Shown here: positions 55,654-64,000 of the stretch, in pieces
How the letters are laid out: every line of letters begins with the position of its first letter
How positions within the stretch are numbered: the first letter of the stretch is position 1
DNA from: Myxococcaceae bacterium
GTDB taxonomy: Bacteria; Myxococcota_A; Polyangia; Polyangiales; Ga0077539
Direction of reading: 5' to 3'
DNA length: 64,000 bases
Assembly (NCBI GenBank): GCA_004297725.1
Contig: SCUS01000031.1
Coordinates: forward strand, 9,550 to 73,549
Notes under the pieces: generated by a model
Told to the model about the DNA's origin: nothing
Databases searched by the model: none
The model's input: the letters and a program-made list of their open reading frames with translations, nothing else
Made by a program: the position numbers and the translations under genes

Positions 55654-56247
55654 ATGAAGCTGCTTCGTCGAGTCTCGTTCGTCCAGTTGCTCTGTCTGCT
55701 CGCCGCGATGAGCGTCGCCACGCCGGCCTGCGCCGATCCGGGCTCGTTCGACGAGGCCATCGCGCGCCTGTTCGGTGCGGTGATCTGGAACGCCATGGGC
55801 GCCCCTTCGCTGCCCGGCGAGGTGCAGGATTCGCAGGCCCTTCCGGCGTTGGGTGGGGAGCGCGGCGTGATGCTCCTGACGCTCTCCCGCCCCGAAGAAG
55901 CGGACCCCGGCAGCCTGATGACCCTGGTGTGGACCGGCTCGCGCTGGACGCTCTCGGAGGCCCAGGTGCTGCCCGTGAGCTCGCGCTCCGAGGTCCACTG
56001 GGGCTTGCCCCTCTGGTTCGGAGAGCGTCGAGTGCTCGTGGTCGAGGGGGCGCGCTTCGGCGTGTCGCCCGAGGACTCTGGTTCGTGGCGGGAGTTCTTC
56101 GTCGTCGACGCCAACGGGTCGCTGCGTCACGTGGGCACGCTGCAGAGCACGCAGCCCGAGGCGGAGCAGCGGTCGAACGGCATGTGCGTGTGGCTCGGCG
56201 AGAGCGCCCTGCGTTGCTGGGATCCGGCGACCCAGGTGCTGCGGTAG
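55654..56247 (+). CDS. secreted hypothetical protein
   Basis: The internal ATG gives MKLLRRVSFVQLLCLLAAMSVATPACA|DP, a signal peptide. The upstream part of the track ORF is junk. Confidence 0.6.
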   Translation: MKLLRRVSFVQLLCLLAAMSVATPACADPGSFDEAIARLFGAVIWNAMGAPSLPGEVQDSQALPALGGERGVMLLTLSRPEEADPGSLMTLVWTGSRWTLSEAQVLPVSSRSEVHWGLPLWFGERRVLVVEGARFGVSPEDSGSWREFFVVDANGSLRHVGTLQSTQPEAEQRSNGMCVWLGESALRCWDPATQVLR

Positions 56248-56367
56248 TCACCGCTGGAGAGGGGGCGCCCTCCGACGTCGGCGGGGTCGCTCATCGGGTC
56301 GCCGTGCGCGACGAATCGACGGGCGGCTCCGCTGGCCCCCGTAGGGCCATACGTCGAGCCCTCTTCG

Positions 56368-57774
56368 CTACAGCCGGATGCGCTGCCCCGCCGAGGGCGC
56401 GTCCACCGTCGGGAAGCCCCGCGCGTCGAGCTCCTTCATCAGCGCCGCCTGCGCCCCGGGCTCGCCGTGCACCAGGATCACCCGCCGCAGCTTCCCCCGC
56501 CTCCGCACGCTCTCGGCGTAGTCCAGCAGCCCCGCCTGGTCGGCGTGGGCGCTGAAGCCGTTGAGCACCGCCACCTCCGCCTCGCGACGGTACGGGAGCC
56601 CGAAGATGCGCACCTCGTCGCGCCTCTCCACCAGCCGCCGCCCCAGCGTGTGCTCCGCCTGGAACCCTACGATCACCACGGTGTTCTCCGGCCGGCCGAT
56701 GGCCGCGCGCAGGTGGTGAAGCACCCGTCCGCCCTCGCACATCCCGCTCGCCGAGAGGATGATCGCCGGGCCCTCCTTGGCGTCGATGGCCTTGGACTCC
56801 TCCACGTCCGACACGTAGTGGAGCCCCTCGAAGTCGAAGGGAGAGTCGCCGCTGTTCAGCAGGTCGAAGGTCTCCCGGTCGTAGCAGTCGGGGTGCTGCT
56901 TGAAGACCTCCGTGAGCTTCACCGTGAGCGGTGAGTCGACGTAGACCGGGATGTTCGGGAGCCTGCCCCGCGCCTTGAGCTGCTTCAGTTCGTAGACGAT
57001 CTCCTGCGCGCGCTCGAGCGCGAACGAAGGGATGATCACCTTGCCGCCGCGCTTGAAGGTGCGCTCGATGACCTCCGCCAGCGCGTCGCCCGCCTGCTCG
57101 ATGGGGGCGTGCAGCCGGTCGCCGTAGGTGCTCTCCATGATCAGGCAGTGCGCCCCGTCGGGCACCTCCGGGTCGCGCAGGATGGGCAGGTGGTGGCGCC
57201 CGAGGTCACCCGTGAAGGCGATGCGCGTGTGCTCTCCGTCGTCGTCGATGTCGAGCACCACGATGGCGCTGCCGAGCACGTGGCCCGCGTCGAAGAAGGT
57301 GCACGTGACCCCCGGCGCCACCACCTGCCGACGCCGGTAGGGCACCGTGATCATCAGCTCGACCGCCCCCACGGCGTCGTCGCGCGTGTAGAGGAGCTGC
57401 GCGGGCTCGATGTCCGCGTGGTCGCGCTCGATGAGCCGCTCGATGTGCCGGGCGTCGGCCTCCTGGATCATCGCCGCGTCCATCAGCATCGGGACGCAGA
57501 GGTCGCGCGTGGCGGGCGTAGCGAAGATGGTGCCGCGGTAGCCCTGCTTGTAGAGCAGCGGCAGCGCGCCAGAGTGGTCGATGTGCGCGTGCGAGAGCAC
57601 CACCGCGTCGAGGGACTCGTGGTCGAGGGGAAGCTCGTGGTTCTGCGCCCAGGCGTCGCGGCGCCGACCCTGGAACAGGCCGCACTCGAGCAGCACCGTC
57701 GCGCGCGAGGTGCGCACCAGGTGCTTCGAGCCCGTCACCGTCTGCGCGCCGCCCAGGAACTCGATCTCGATCAT
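56368..57774 (-). CDS. MBL-fold beta-CASP family RNA-metabolising hydrolase
   Basis: HAHIDHSG (HxHxDH), FDAGHVLGS, ESTYG, NGFSAHADQAGLL (beta-CASP motif C region). Confidence 0.9.
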   Translation of the reverse strand: MIEIEFLGGAQTVTGSKHLVRTSRATVLLECGLFQGRRRDAWAQNHELPLDHESLDAVVLSHAHIDHSGALPLLYKQGYRGTIFATPATRDLCVPMLMDAAMIQEADARHIERLIERDHADIEPAQLLYTRDDAVGAVELMITVPYRRRQVVAPGVTCTFFDAGHVLGSAIVVLDIDDDGEHTRIAFTGDLGRHHLPILRDPEVPDGAHCLIMESTYGDRLHAPIEQAGDALAEVIERTFKRGGKVIIPSFALERAQEIVYELKQLKARGRLPNIPVYVDSPLTVKLTEVFKQHPDCYDRETFDLLNSGDSPFDFEGLHYVSDVEESKAIDAKEGPAIILSASGMCEGGRVLHHLRAAIGRPENTVVIVGFQAEHTLGRRLVERRDEVRIFGLPYRREAEVAVLNGFSAHADQAGLLDYAESVRRRGKLRRVILVHGEPGAQAALMKELDARGFPTVDAPSAGQRIRL

Positions 57775-57813
57775 GGCTTCCGATTCCTTCCTTCGCGGCG
57801 GCGTAGCGGCGGT

Positions 57814-58431
57814 CTAGCCCCGCACGGACCGCGGCGGCGCGGCGACCAGCTCGACGCCGGCGTACACCCGGTCGACCTCGACGTCGCCCGGCAGCGCCGA
57901 GAGCGTGAAGCGCTCGCCGGCGCCGACCGCCGTGAGCACCCAGCGGTCGTGCGCGTCGCGCGAGTACACCTCGACCAGCGGCCGCCGCTGCGAGACGAGA
58001 ACATAGTCGCGCAGCGACGGGAGCCGGCGGTAGTGCTCGAACTTCTCCCCGCGGTCGTACGCCTCGGTGCCGTCGGAGAGCACCTCCACCAGCACCGCGG
58101 GGTTCGCCATCGCGTTGCGGTCGTCGGCGTCGCGCTCGATCGGGCCGCACACCACCGAGGCGTCGGGGTACGTCGCCAGCCCGGTGGCCGCCACGCGCAC
58201 CTTCGCGTCGGAGCTGAACACGCGGCAGCCACAGCCCGCGGCCAACCCGCGCAGCTCGCCGATGACCGCCGCCGAGAGCTGGCCGTGCTCCAGCGTGCCG
58301 CCGGCCATCGCGTAGACGACGCCGTCGAGCCACTCGTGCTTCCGATCGGCCTGCGCCTCGAGCGTCAGGTAGGTCGCGTAGTCGATCCGGGTCTGCTCCG
58401 CCGCGTCGCCCATGAGGCCGGAGGGTGCCAC
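57814..58431 (-). CDS. Uma2 (DUF820) family putative endonuclease
   Basis: YLTLEAQADRKHEWLDGVVYAMAGGT, PDASVV...ANPAVLVEVLSDGTEAYDRGEKFEHYRRLPSLRDYVLV are the PD-(D/E)xK-like Uma2 motifs. Confidence 0.85.
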   Translation of the reverse strand: MAPSGLMGDAAEQTRIDYATYLTLEAQADRKHEWLDGVVYAMAGGTLEHGQLSAAVIGELRGLAAGCGCRVFSSDAKVRVAATGLATYPDASVVCGPIERDADDRNAMANPAVLVEVLSDGTEAYDRGEKFEHYRRLPSLRDYVLVSQRRPLVEVYSRDAHDRWVLTAVGAGERFTLSALPGDVEVDRVYAGVELVAAPPRSVRG

Positions 58432-58476
58432 CCTCCGCGCAGCGAAACCAGCCGTCTCCCAGAGCCGCGCGGCGCC

Positions 58477-59628
58477 TCAGTCGAGCTGTCGCTCCACGGT
58501 GAGCGCGCCGCTGCGCTCCCTCACCCGCCGGTACCCGAACAGGTGGAACACCTCCAGCGGCACCAGCCTCGTCGCCTGTCGGTCGACCACGAAGCGCGTC
58601 GCCCGGGCGGGGTCTCGCTCCACCCCGGGCAGCAGCGCCAGCAGATGGTGGGCCCCGAGCGAGCGCAGCACCCTCGACGCCCGCAGCCGCACCTCGCTCA
58701 CCTCGCGACCCCAGAAGAACCCGTCGCTCCCGAGGCCCTGGTAGAGCGGCAGGATCACCACCCCGTCGTGCGGCGCCACGATCTCCCCGCGGCGGTCGCG
58801 CGCCAGCAGCTGGCCCCCCTTCGCCCTCGCGATGTTGCGGAAGCCCGGCTCCATCTGGAAGCTGTCCTCCGCGGTGATCGCCCGCCGGGAGACCACCTCG
58901 AGCACCCTCGGCAGGTCGCCCCGCCGCGCGTCGAGCCTGCGCCTCCCCTCGTGCACCTCCCTCGGCGCGTCGCCGTCGAGGAGGCCCGCCTGGTGGAGCG
59001 CGAGCCACAGCACCGACTCCAGGCTGTCGACCGAGGCCGGGTCGTCGTGCTGCCCGCCCTCCACGGTGAAGGTGATGCATCCCCGGCGGGTCCAGTACTC
59101 GGAGAGGGCGCCGTCGATCTGCTCCTCCAGCCCGATGATCACCGGGATGGGGAAGGCCCCCACGAAGCGCCGCTGCGCCAGCGTGTCGCCGAAGAGCACG
59201 AAGGGCACCCCCGCCGCGCTGGAGGTGTGAAGGTCGACCAGGTGCACCGCGCCCCGCGCCCGCCCCATCGCCGCCTCGATGGCGCCCAGCAGCTCGAGCT
59301 GCTCCCGGTCCTCCGCGTCGAGGGCCCCGGCGCCCGGCGAGCGCAGCGCCTCCACGCGGGCCTCGCTCCACTGCCGGTTGAGGTCCTTGGACTCGTAGCG
59401 CACGCCGCGCTTCAGCGACCCGACGTTGCCCGCGAAGACCACCAGCTCGCCGCGCACCGCCACGCCGCCGCGCTCCAGCCGCGCGAACACCCGCCGCGCC
59501 GCCTCGATGCCCGCGGGCTCGTTGCCGTGAACGCCCGCGACCGCGACCAGCGTGGGGCCGGGTGAGGCCCCGACGAGACGGCCGATCTCCCGGCGATCGA
59601 GGAGGAGCTTGGAGGAGGGATCAGGCAT
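58477..59628 (-). CDS. succinylglutamate desuccinylase/aspartoacylase (AstE/AspA, M14-like) family protein
   Basis: VAVAGVHGNEPAGIEAARRV (zinc ligands H..E) and VDLHTSSA. The ATG at 59628 is preferred over the GTG at 59646. Confidence 0.78.
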   Translation of the reverse strand: MPDPSSKLLLDRREIGRLVGASPGPTLVAVAGVHGNEPAGIEAARRVFARLERGGVAVRGELVVFAGNVGSLKRGVRYESKDLNRQWSEARVEALRSPGAGALDAEDREQLELLGAIEAAMGRARGAVHLVDLHTSSAAGVPFVLFGDTLAQRRFVGAFPIPVIIGLEEQIDGALSEYWTRRGCITFTVEGGQHDDPASVDSLESVLWLALHQAGLLDGDAPREVHEGRRRLDARRGDLPRVLEVVSRRAITAEDSFQMEPGFRNIARAKGGQLLARDRRGEIVAPHDGVVILPLYQGLGSDGFFWGREVSEVRLRASRVLRSLGAHHLLALLPGVERDPARATRFVVDRQATRLVPLEVFHLFGYRRVRERSGALTVERQLD

Positions 59629-59664
59629 GGCGGCGGTCTCTAGCACGCGCCGCCCGGGGAGCCG

Positions 59665-61629
59665 TCATCCCCTGGCAGCCGCGCCGCCCGGCTCGTCGCC
59701 CGCGAGCACCTTCGAGGCGAGGCCCACGAAGTCCTCCTCCGTGAGCACCGCCACGATGTGCCCGTCCTGCACCACCGGCAGGCACCCGATGCGGTGCTTC
59801 TGCATCAGCGCCGTCGCGTCGAGGGTGCGCGTGTCGGGCGTCACCGTGATCAGGTCGCGTCGCATGATGTCCGCCACCGGGACGCTCTCCGCGCCCGCCT
59901 CGCGCGACTGCTTCGCCAGGTCGGCCAGGTGCCGCAGCACCACCCGCTGCGTCACCAGCCCCACCAGCCGGCCCTTGTCGTCCTCCACCGGCACATACCG
60001 GATGCGCTCCCAGCTCATCAGGTCGGCCACCAGCTCGACCGGATCGTCGGGGCGCACCGTGAAGATGTCCGTGGTCATGTACTGCGACACCTTGTGGTAC
60101 CCGGTGCGCGCGCTGTCGTTCTCGTCGAGCCGCGCGGGCTCCCAGTCGGCCACCACCGCGTCGGTCTTCTGCCGGGCGATCATCGCCGCGGTCAGCGCCG
60201 TGAGCCGGGCGCCCTGGGTCCCACGGTCCTTCATGCCGGCGAGGGAGTCGAGGGTCCAGCGGGAGCCGGTGTGCATCGACCGGATGCGCCGCTCGAGGAT
60301 GCCCAGGTAGCGCTCGCTGTCCGCCGGGTCGACGCCCGCGCGGTCGAGCCCCGCCTTTGCCAGCGGCAGCAGCCGGTCGAGCAGCAGCGTCTGCGCCAGC
60401 ACCTCCTCGCCGTCGAGCCACATCAGCCTCGCCCCGAGGCCGTCGCGCGCGGCGGCGTAGAGGTTGGCCCTCGCGTGGTCGAAATCCACCCGGGTGGTGA
60501 TGTCGTCGATGGTCGCCCCGAGCTCGCTCATCAGCCCCAGCCAGAGGGCGCTGCTGGCCACCTCGTCGGCGATGGTGGGCCCCGAGGGCAGCACCCGCAG
60601 CTCGATGCGCAGGTGGGCCTTGCCGTTCTCGGAGATGCCGTAGCAGGCCCGGTTCCAGCGGTAGATGGTGCCGTTGTGGAGGCGCAGGGCCTTCATGTCC
60701 GGCACGCGGCCGGCGTCGAGCGCGACGTTGCCGTCCTCCTCCAGCTCGGTGCCCACCAGCGCCCGGAAGCGGGCGACGTTCTCCTTGTAGAGGTCGACCA
60801 CGCTGCCGCGCAGCCACTCCCGCCCGAAGGACACGCGCCCGGCGGACTCTCGCAGGTGCAGCCCCGGCGTGCGGATGTCACAGGCCTGCTCGAAGAGGGC
60901 GATGCGGGTCTCGGCCCAGAGCCGCCGGCCGAAGAGCACCGGCGAGTTGGTGGAGGCCGCGAGCACCGGCGCGAGCAGCAGCTGCGCGAGGTTGTAGGCC
61001 TGCGCGAAGCGGTCTGGATCAGCGAGCTGCAGGTGCACCTGGAAGCTCGCGTTGCAGGCCTCGACCATCACCGAGTCGTGCTTGACCACGAGCTCGTCGA
61101 GGCCGCGGATGGAGAAGTCGAAGGCCTCCCCGCGGGCGTTGTTCATCGCCCGGCTGAGCGTGAGGTAGCGCGGGTTGGGCACCATGTTGTCGAGCCCGAG
61201 GTCGGTCTTGCCGATGGTCGGGAGGATGCCCGCGAGCACCGGGGTCATCTCCACGTCGGCGGCCGCGCTGCGCACCTTCGCGTAGAGGGCCGTGAGCTGG
61301 GCCTCCATGTCGCGCAGGCCGGAGCCCGCGAAGGGCTGCGGGTCGGCGTTGATCTCCAGGTTGAAGAGCCCGAGCTCGGTGGTGTAGTGCGGGTCGTCGA
61401 GGCGCTCGAGGATCTTCAGCGCGCCCGGCGCGGGGTGGTACGCGCGGTCGACGATGAAGAGCTCCTGCTCGGCGCCGATGCGCTCGACGCCGCGCTCGAA
61501 CATGTCCCCCTCCACCATGCGCTCGAGCGCCCGGAGGTCGGTGAGCAGCGCCCGCATGAAGCGCCGCCGGGAGACGCCCTCCAGCTCGCCGTCGATGTGC
61601 TTGTGCCCTTTGGTCTCGTGACCGCTCAT
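59665..61629 (-). CDS. GCS2-type carboxylate-amine ligase (YbdK/glutamate-cysteine-ligase-2-like) fused to a tandem CBS pair
   Basis: IGAEQELFIVD and FQVHLQ are typical of GCS2. C-terminal CBS motifs MTTDIFTVRPDD...RYVPVEDDKGRLVGLVT and IMRRDLITVTPD...GCLPVVQDGHIVAVLTEEDF. Confidence 0.82.
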   Translation of the reverse strand: MSGHETKGHKHIDGELEGVSRRRFMRALLTDLRALERMVEGDMFERGVERIGAEQELFIVDRAYHPAPGALKILERLDDPHYTTELGLFNLEINADPQPFAGSGLRDMEAQLTALYAKVRSAAADVEMTPVLAGILPTIGKTDLGLDNMVPNPRYLTLSRAMNNARGEAFDFSIRGLDELVVKHDSVMVEACNASFQVHLQLADPDRFAQAYNLAQLLLAPVLAASTNSPVLFGRRLWAETRIALFEQACDIRTPGLHLRESAGRVSFGREWLRGSVVDLYKENVARFRALVGTELEEDGNVALDAGRVPDMKALRLHNGTIYRWNRACYGISENGKAHLRIELRVLPSGPTIADEVASSALWLGLMSELGATIDDITTRVDFDHARANLYAAARDGLGARLMWLDGEEVLAQTLLLDRLLPLAKAGLDRAGVDPADSERYLGILERRIRSMHTGSRWTLDSLAGMKDRGTQGARLTALTAAMIARQKTDAVVADWEPARLDENDSARTGYHKVSQYMTTDIFTVRPDDPVELVADLMSWERIRYVPVEDDKGRLVGLVTQRVVLRHLADLAKQSREAGAESVPVADIMRRDLITVTPDTRTLDATALMQKHRIGCLPVVQDGHIVAVLTEEDFVGLASKVLAGDEPGGAAARG

Positions 61630-61639
61630 GTCCCGCTCC

Positions 61640-62377
61640 TCACCGCGTCCACTGGTCCAGGTACTTGGGCAACATCTCTCGCCAGGTGATCCAGTCGTGG
61701 TGCCAGTCGGGGCCCCAGGAGTCGACGTGGTTGGGAATCCCCCTGGCGCCCAGCACGTTGGCCAGGCCGTAGCTCTCTCCCAGGTTCTCCCAGCGCCCCT
61801 CGCCGGTCGCGATCTCCAGGAAGCGAGTGCGCAGCAGCTCCAGGTGCTTCCCCTCCAGCCGCGGCACCATGTAGAGCGGCGACACCCGCTTGAAGAGCTC
61901 GGAGGGCGTGTCGCTCTCGATGAAGCGCATCAGGTTGTACGTGCCGCTCATCGACAGCGACCGGTGAAACACGTCCGGCGACCGGCACACCGCCGCGGCC
62001 GCGTGGAAGGCCCCGATGGAGGCCCCCGCGGTCCAGATCGGGATCCCGTCGGTCTTGCAGTCCATGTAGATGGCCGGCACCACCTCGTGGCGAATCCACT
62101 CGTGATAGTGGTGCTGCATCGCCATCCGGTGCTCGGGCGAGCCCTCCCGGTTGAACCACACCCGCCCCGCCACGCTGTCCGGCGAGTAGATCTTGATGCG
62201 CCCCGCGCTGAGCAGCGGCTCGAGCGCTCGGATCATCTGGAAGCGCTCGATCTCCTCGGCGTCGCCCCCCGCGGTCGGAAACACCAGCACCGGCTGCCCG
62301 ATGTGCCCCCAGCGAGCGACGGTGGCCTCGCACCCGATGCGCTGCGAGTACCAGCGGGACTTCAGGAAGTTGCTCAC
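61640..62377 (-). CDS. esterase family (esterase D/enterochelin-esterase-like) alpha/beta hydrolase
   Basis: The GTG start overlaps the upstream TGA (GTGA). VLVFPTAGGD, nucleophile-elbow-like TAGASIGAFHA. 245 aa. Confidence 0.75.
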   Translation of the reverse strand: MSNFLKSRWYSQRIGCEATVARWGHIGQPVLVFPTAGGDAEEIERFQMIRALEPLLSAGRIKIYSPDSVAGRVWFNREGSPEHRMAMQHHYHEWIRHEVVPAIYMDCKTDGIPIWTAGASIGAFHAAAAVCRSPDVFHRSLSMSGTYNLMRFIESDTPSELFKRVSPLYMVPRLEGKHLELLRTRFLEIATGEGRWENLGESYGLANVLGARGIPNHVDSWGPDWHHDWITWREMLPKYLDQWTR

Positions 62378-63609
62378 GGGCACCCCGCGGCGCGCCACGC
62401 TTGGATCCGCGACCAGAACAGCTCGGTGAAGCGCTCGACCTCGTGCGCGGGATAGAGCGCCGTGACCTTCTGCCGCACCGCCTCCTTCGCCTCGGCGGTG
62501 GTGAAGAACTCCGAGGCGACCTCGTCGAGGTGCCCCAGGTGCTTCGCGCAGAACTCCTCGAAGCGCGCCGTCTCGAAGCGCGCGTCGGCGATGGCGGCGT
62601 AGCGGTCGAGCTTCTCGGCGTAGGGGAGGTCCATCGCGGCGACCTGGTAGAAGGGCTCCCAGTCGAGGGTGCGCGCCATCTTGCGCTTCGTCGCCGCGCA
62701 GAAGATCGACCAGCGCAGGTAGGACTTCACCATCCACGGGAAGTGGAAGTGCAGCGAGGTCACCTGCGAGTCGGGGCACGGGTTGGCGAAGTCGATGGGG
62801 TGCCACACCCCGCCCTTGCGCAGCGACTCGCAGGAGTTGAAGTCCCACCCGAAGAACGCGTTGATGGTGAGCGTCACCTTGCGCAGGTGCTCGGCGTCTT
62901 CCCTGGAGAGGAAGTCGGTCTCCATGGTGTAGCGGTCGTGCAGCGGGGCGTCGGGGTTGTAGAGCACGTTGTGCGTCTGCGGCCCGAAGCCGATGGTGCG
63001 CACGAAGCGGTCGTAGCCCTCCACCGAGGCCTGCGCGTGCATCACCGCGGTGTCGCTCTCCTCGTAGGCCTTCCACGCCTCCCTGGCGTTCTTCACCCGG
63101 GTCACCGCGCGCCAGCCGCCGCCGTCATAGGGCTTCAAGAACATCGGCCAGCCGATGGTGTCGCCCACCTTCCCCAGGTCGAAGAGCTTCGCGTAGCGCT
63201 GCAGCGTGGGCTTCACGTCCGGCCCCGGGGCGTAGCCCTTCGGAGGGATCATCCACGTCTCGGGGATCGGCATCCCGAGCTTCATCATGGCGCAGTAGCT
63301 GGTGTGCTTCTCGTTGGCCTGGATGCTCCACGGGTTGTTGAACACGTAGAGGTCATCCATGAGGATGCCCTTCTTGATCCACTCGCGGCTGGTGTGAAAC
63401 CAGTGCGTGAGCCGGTCGACGACGAGGTCGTACTTCACCGGCTGGCGGAGGTCGAAGGGCTCGATGGTGACCCGCTCGACCTCGAAGCGCACCGTGTCGC
63501 CGCCGTGCGGGATGCGCAGGTCGAGGCGCTTGATCATGTGCTCGAAGCACAGCGGCCAGCAGATGTCCGCGCCCAGGGACAGCCCGATGTGTCTTGTGAC
63601 GTCTCCCAC
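62374..63609 (-). CDS. ATP-grasp fold ligase (glutathione-synthetase/RimK-like)
   Basis: KHTSYCAMMKLGMPIPETW, WPMFLKPYDGGGWRAVTRV, and GVWHPIDFANPCPD match the ATP-grasp central and C-terminal elements. Confidence 0.72.
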   Translation of the reverse strand: MGDVTRHIGLSLGADICWPLCFEHMIKRLDLRIPHGGDTVRFEVERVTIEPFDLRQPVKYDLVVDRLTHWFHTSREWIKKGILMDDLYVFNNPWSIQANEKHTSYCAMMKLGMPIPETWMIPPKGYAPGPDVKPTLQRYAKLFDLGKVGDTIGWPMFLKPYDGGGWRAVTRVKNAREAWKAYEESDTAVMHAQASVEGYDRFVRTIGFGPQTHNVLYNPDAPLHDRYTMETDFLSREDAEHLRKVTLTINAFFGWDFNSCESLRKGGVWHPIDFANPCPDSQVTSLHFHFPWMVKSYLRWSIFCAATKRKMARTLDWEPFYQVAAMDLPYAEKLDRYAAIADARFETARFEEFCAKHLGHLDEVASEFFTTAEAKEAVRQKVTALYPAHEVERFTELFWSRIQAWRAAGCP

Positions 63610-63618
63610 CGATCAACC

Positions 63619-64000
63619 TCACTCGTAGATGAACATGAGCGGACCCGGCATCAGCCAGGAAAGACCTTCGCGCAGGCGGTCACGCCAGTTCTCCCAGTTG
63701 TGACCGTCGCGCGCCTCGACGAAGCGCACGTCCATCCCCGTCGCAGAGAGCAGCGGGACCATCGAGCGGTTCTCGTAGATGAGCGACTCGTACACGCCGC
63801 AGCTCACGAAGACCCGCTCGCTCACCGCCTTCGGCTGCGCCCGGTACGTGTTGACGAACTCCACCACGCGGTCGAAGAGGGGCCCGCGGCGGTTGCGCTT
63901 GCCGATGTCGGTGAACGCGAACGACCCCGACTGCACCAGCAGCCGCCCCCAGAAGCCGGGGTAGCGGTAGGCCGTGGAGAGCGCCGACACCGCGCCGAAG
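63619..64000 (-). CDS. esterase family alpha/beta hydrolase, 5' end outside window
   Basis: The frame stays open to the window edge. ...GAVSALSTAYRYPGFWGRLLVQSGSF...CGVYE...ARDGHNWENW is typical of the putative-esterase family C-terminal half. Confidence 0.75.
   Translation of the reverse strand, partial: FGAVSALSTAYRYPGFWGRLLVQSGSFAFTDIGKRNRRGPLFDRVVEFVNTYRAQPKAVSERVFVSCGVYESLIYENRSMVPLLSATGMDVRFVEARDGHNWENWRDRLREGLSWLMPGPLMFIYE

Noticed and set aside
49447-56367. Search for an integrase, transposase, tRNA or inverted terminal repeats at the borders of the MBL-fragment rearrangement/island
   Set aside because: None was found in any frame. The mobile-element interpretation therefore stays a hypothesis under findings, and no mobile_element feature is called.
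23203-59628. AstD-like dehydrogenase plus AstE-like desuccinylase as an arginine succinyltransferase pathway
   Set aside because: The two genes are about 34 kb apart on opposite strands. No astA, astB or astC-like genes were seen. The family resemblance alone does not support an AST operon.

Overview
Very GC-rich DNA (about 70% by eye), so long spurious ORFs appear in all six frames. I accepted genes only where the translated protein looked real or carried a recognisable motif. The window is almost certainly a myxobacterial chromosome segment: it has a MYXO-CTERM-type sorting tail, four Hanks-type Ser/Thr kinases and many Cys-motif lipoproteins. I support about 55 protein-coding genes. I found no rRNA, tRNA, CRISPR array, transposase or integrase. 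Core genes include tatB-like/tatC, a giant S41 protease, endonuclease III, an M1 aminopeptidase, an aldehyde dehydrogenase and a histidine kinase/response regulator pair. The best candidate for an undescribed system is a two-gene cassette at 5738-7633: an AAA_21/ABC-type ATPase plus a TOPRIM-like DUF4276-type protein. It resembles OLD/PARIS/AbiL-class defence pairs and contains the only clearly AT-enriched DNA in the window. Other notable items, in rough order of interest: (1) a 1083-aa lipoprotein made of about 27 tandem six-cysteine knottin-like modules; (2) a translationally coupled minus-strand operon (58.5-64 kb) with an ATP-grasp ligase, a GCS2-type ligase fused to CBS domains, two esterases and an AstE-like amidohydrolase; (3) two displaced partial copies of the 3' end of a beta-CASP MBL gene that share a 34-bp core, which suggests site-specific rearrangement and a 4.6-kb island carrying a HEPN-like gene and a kinase; (4) in-frame 9-bp and 15-bp tandem repeats in lipoprotein linkers; (5) a eukaryote-like two-RRM protein. 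All family assignments rest on motifs I read in the translations. No database search was run.
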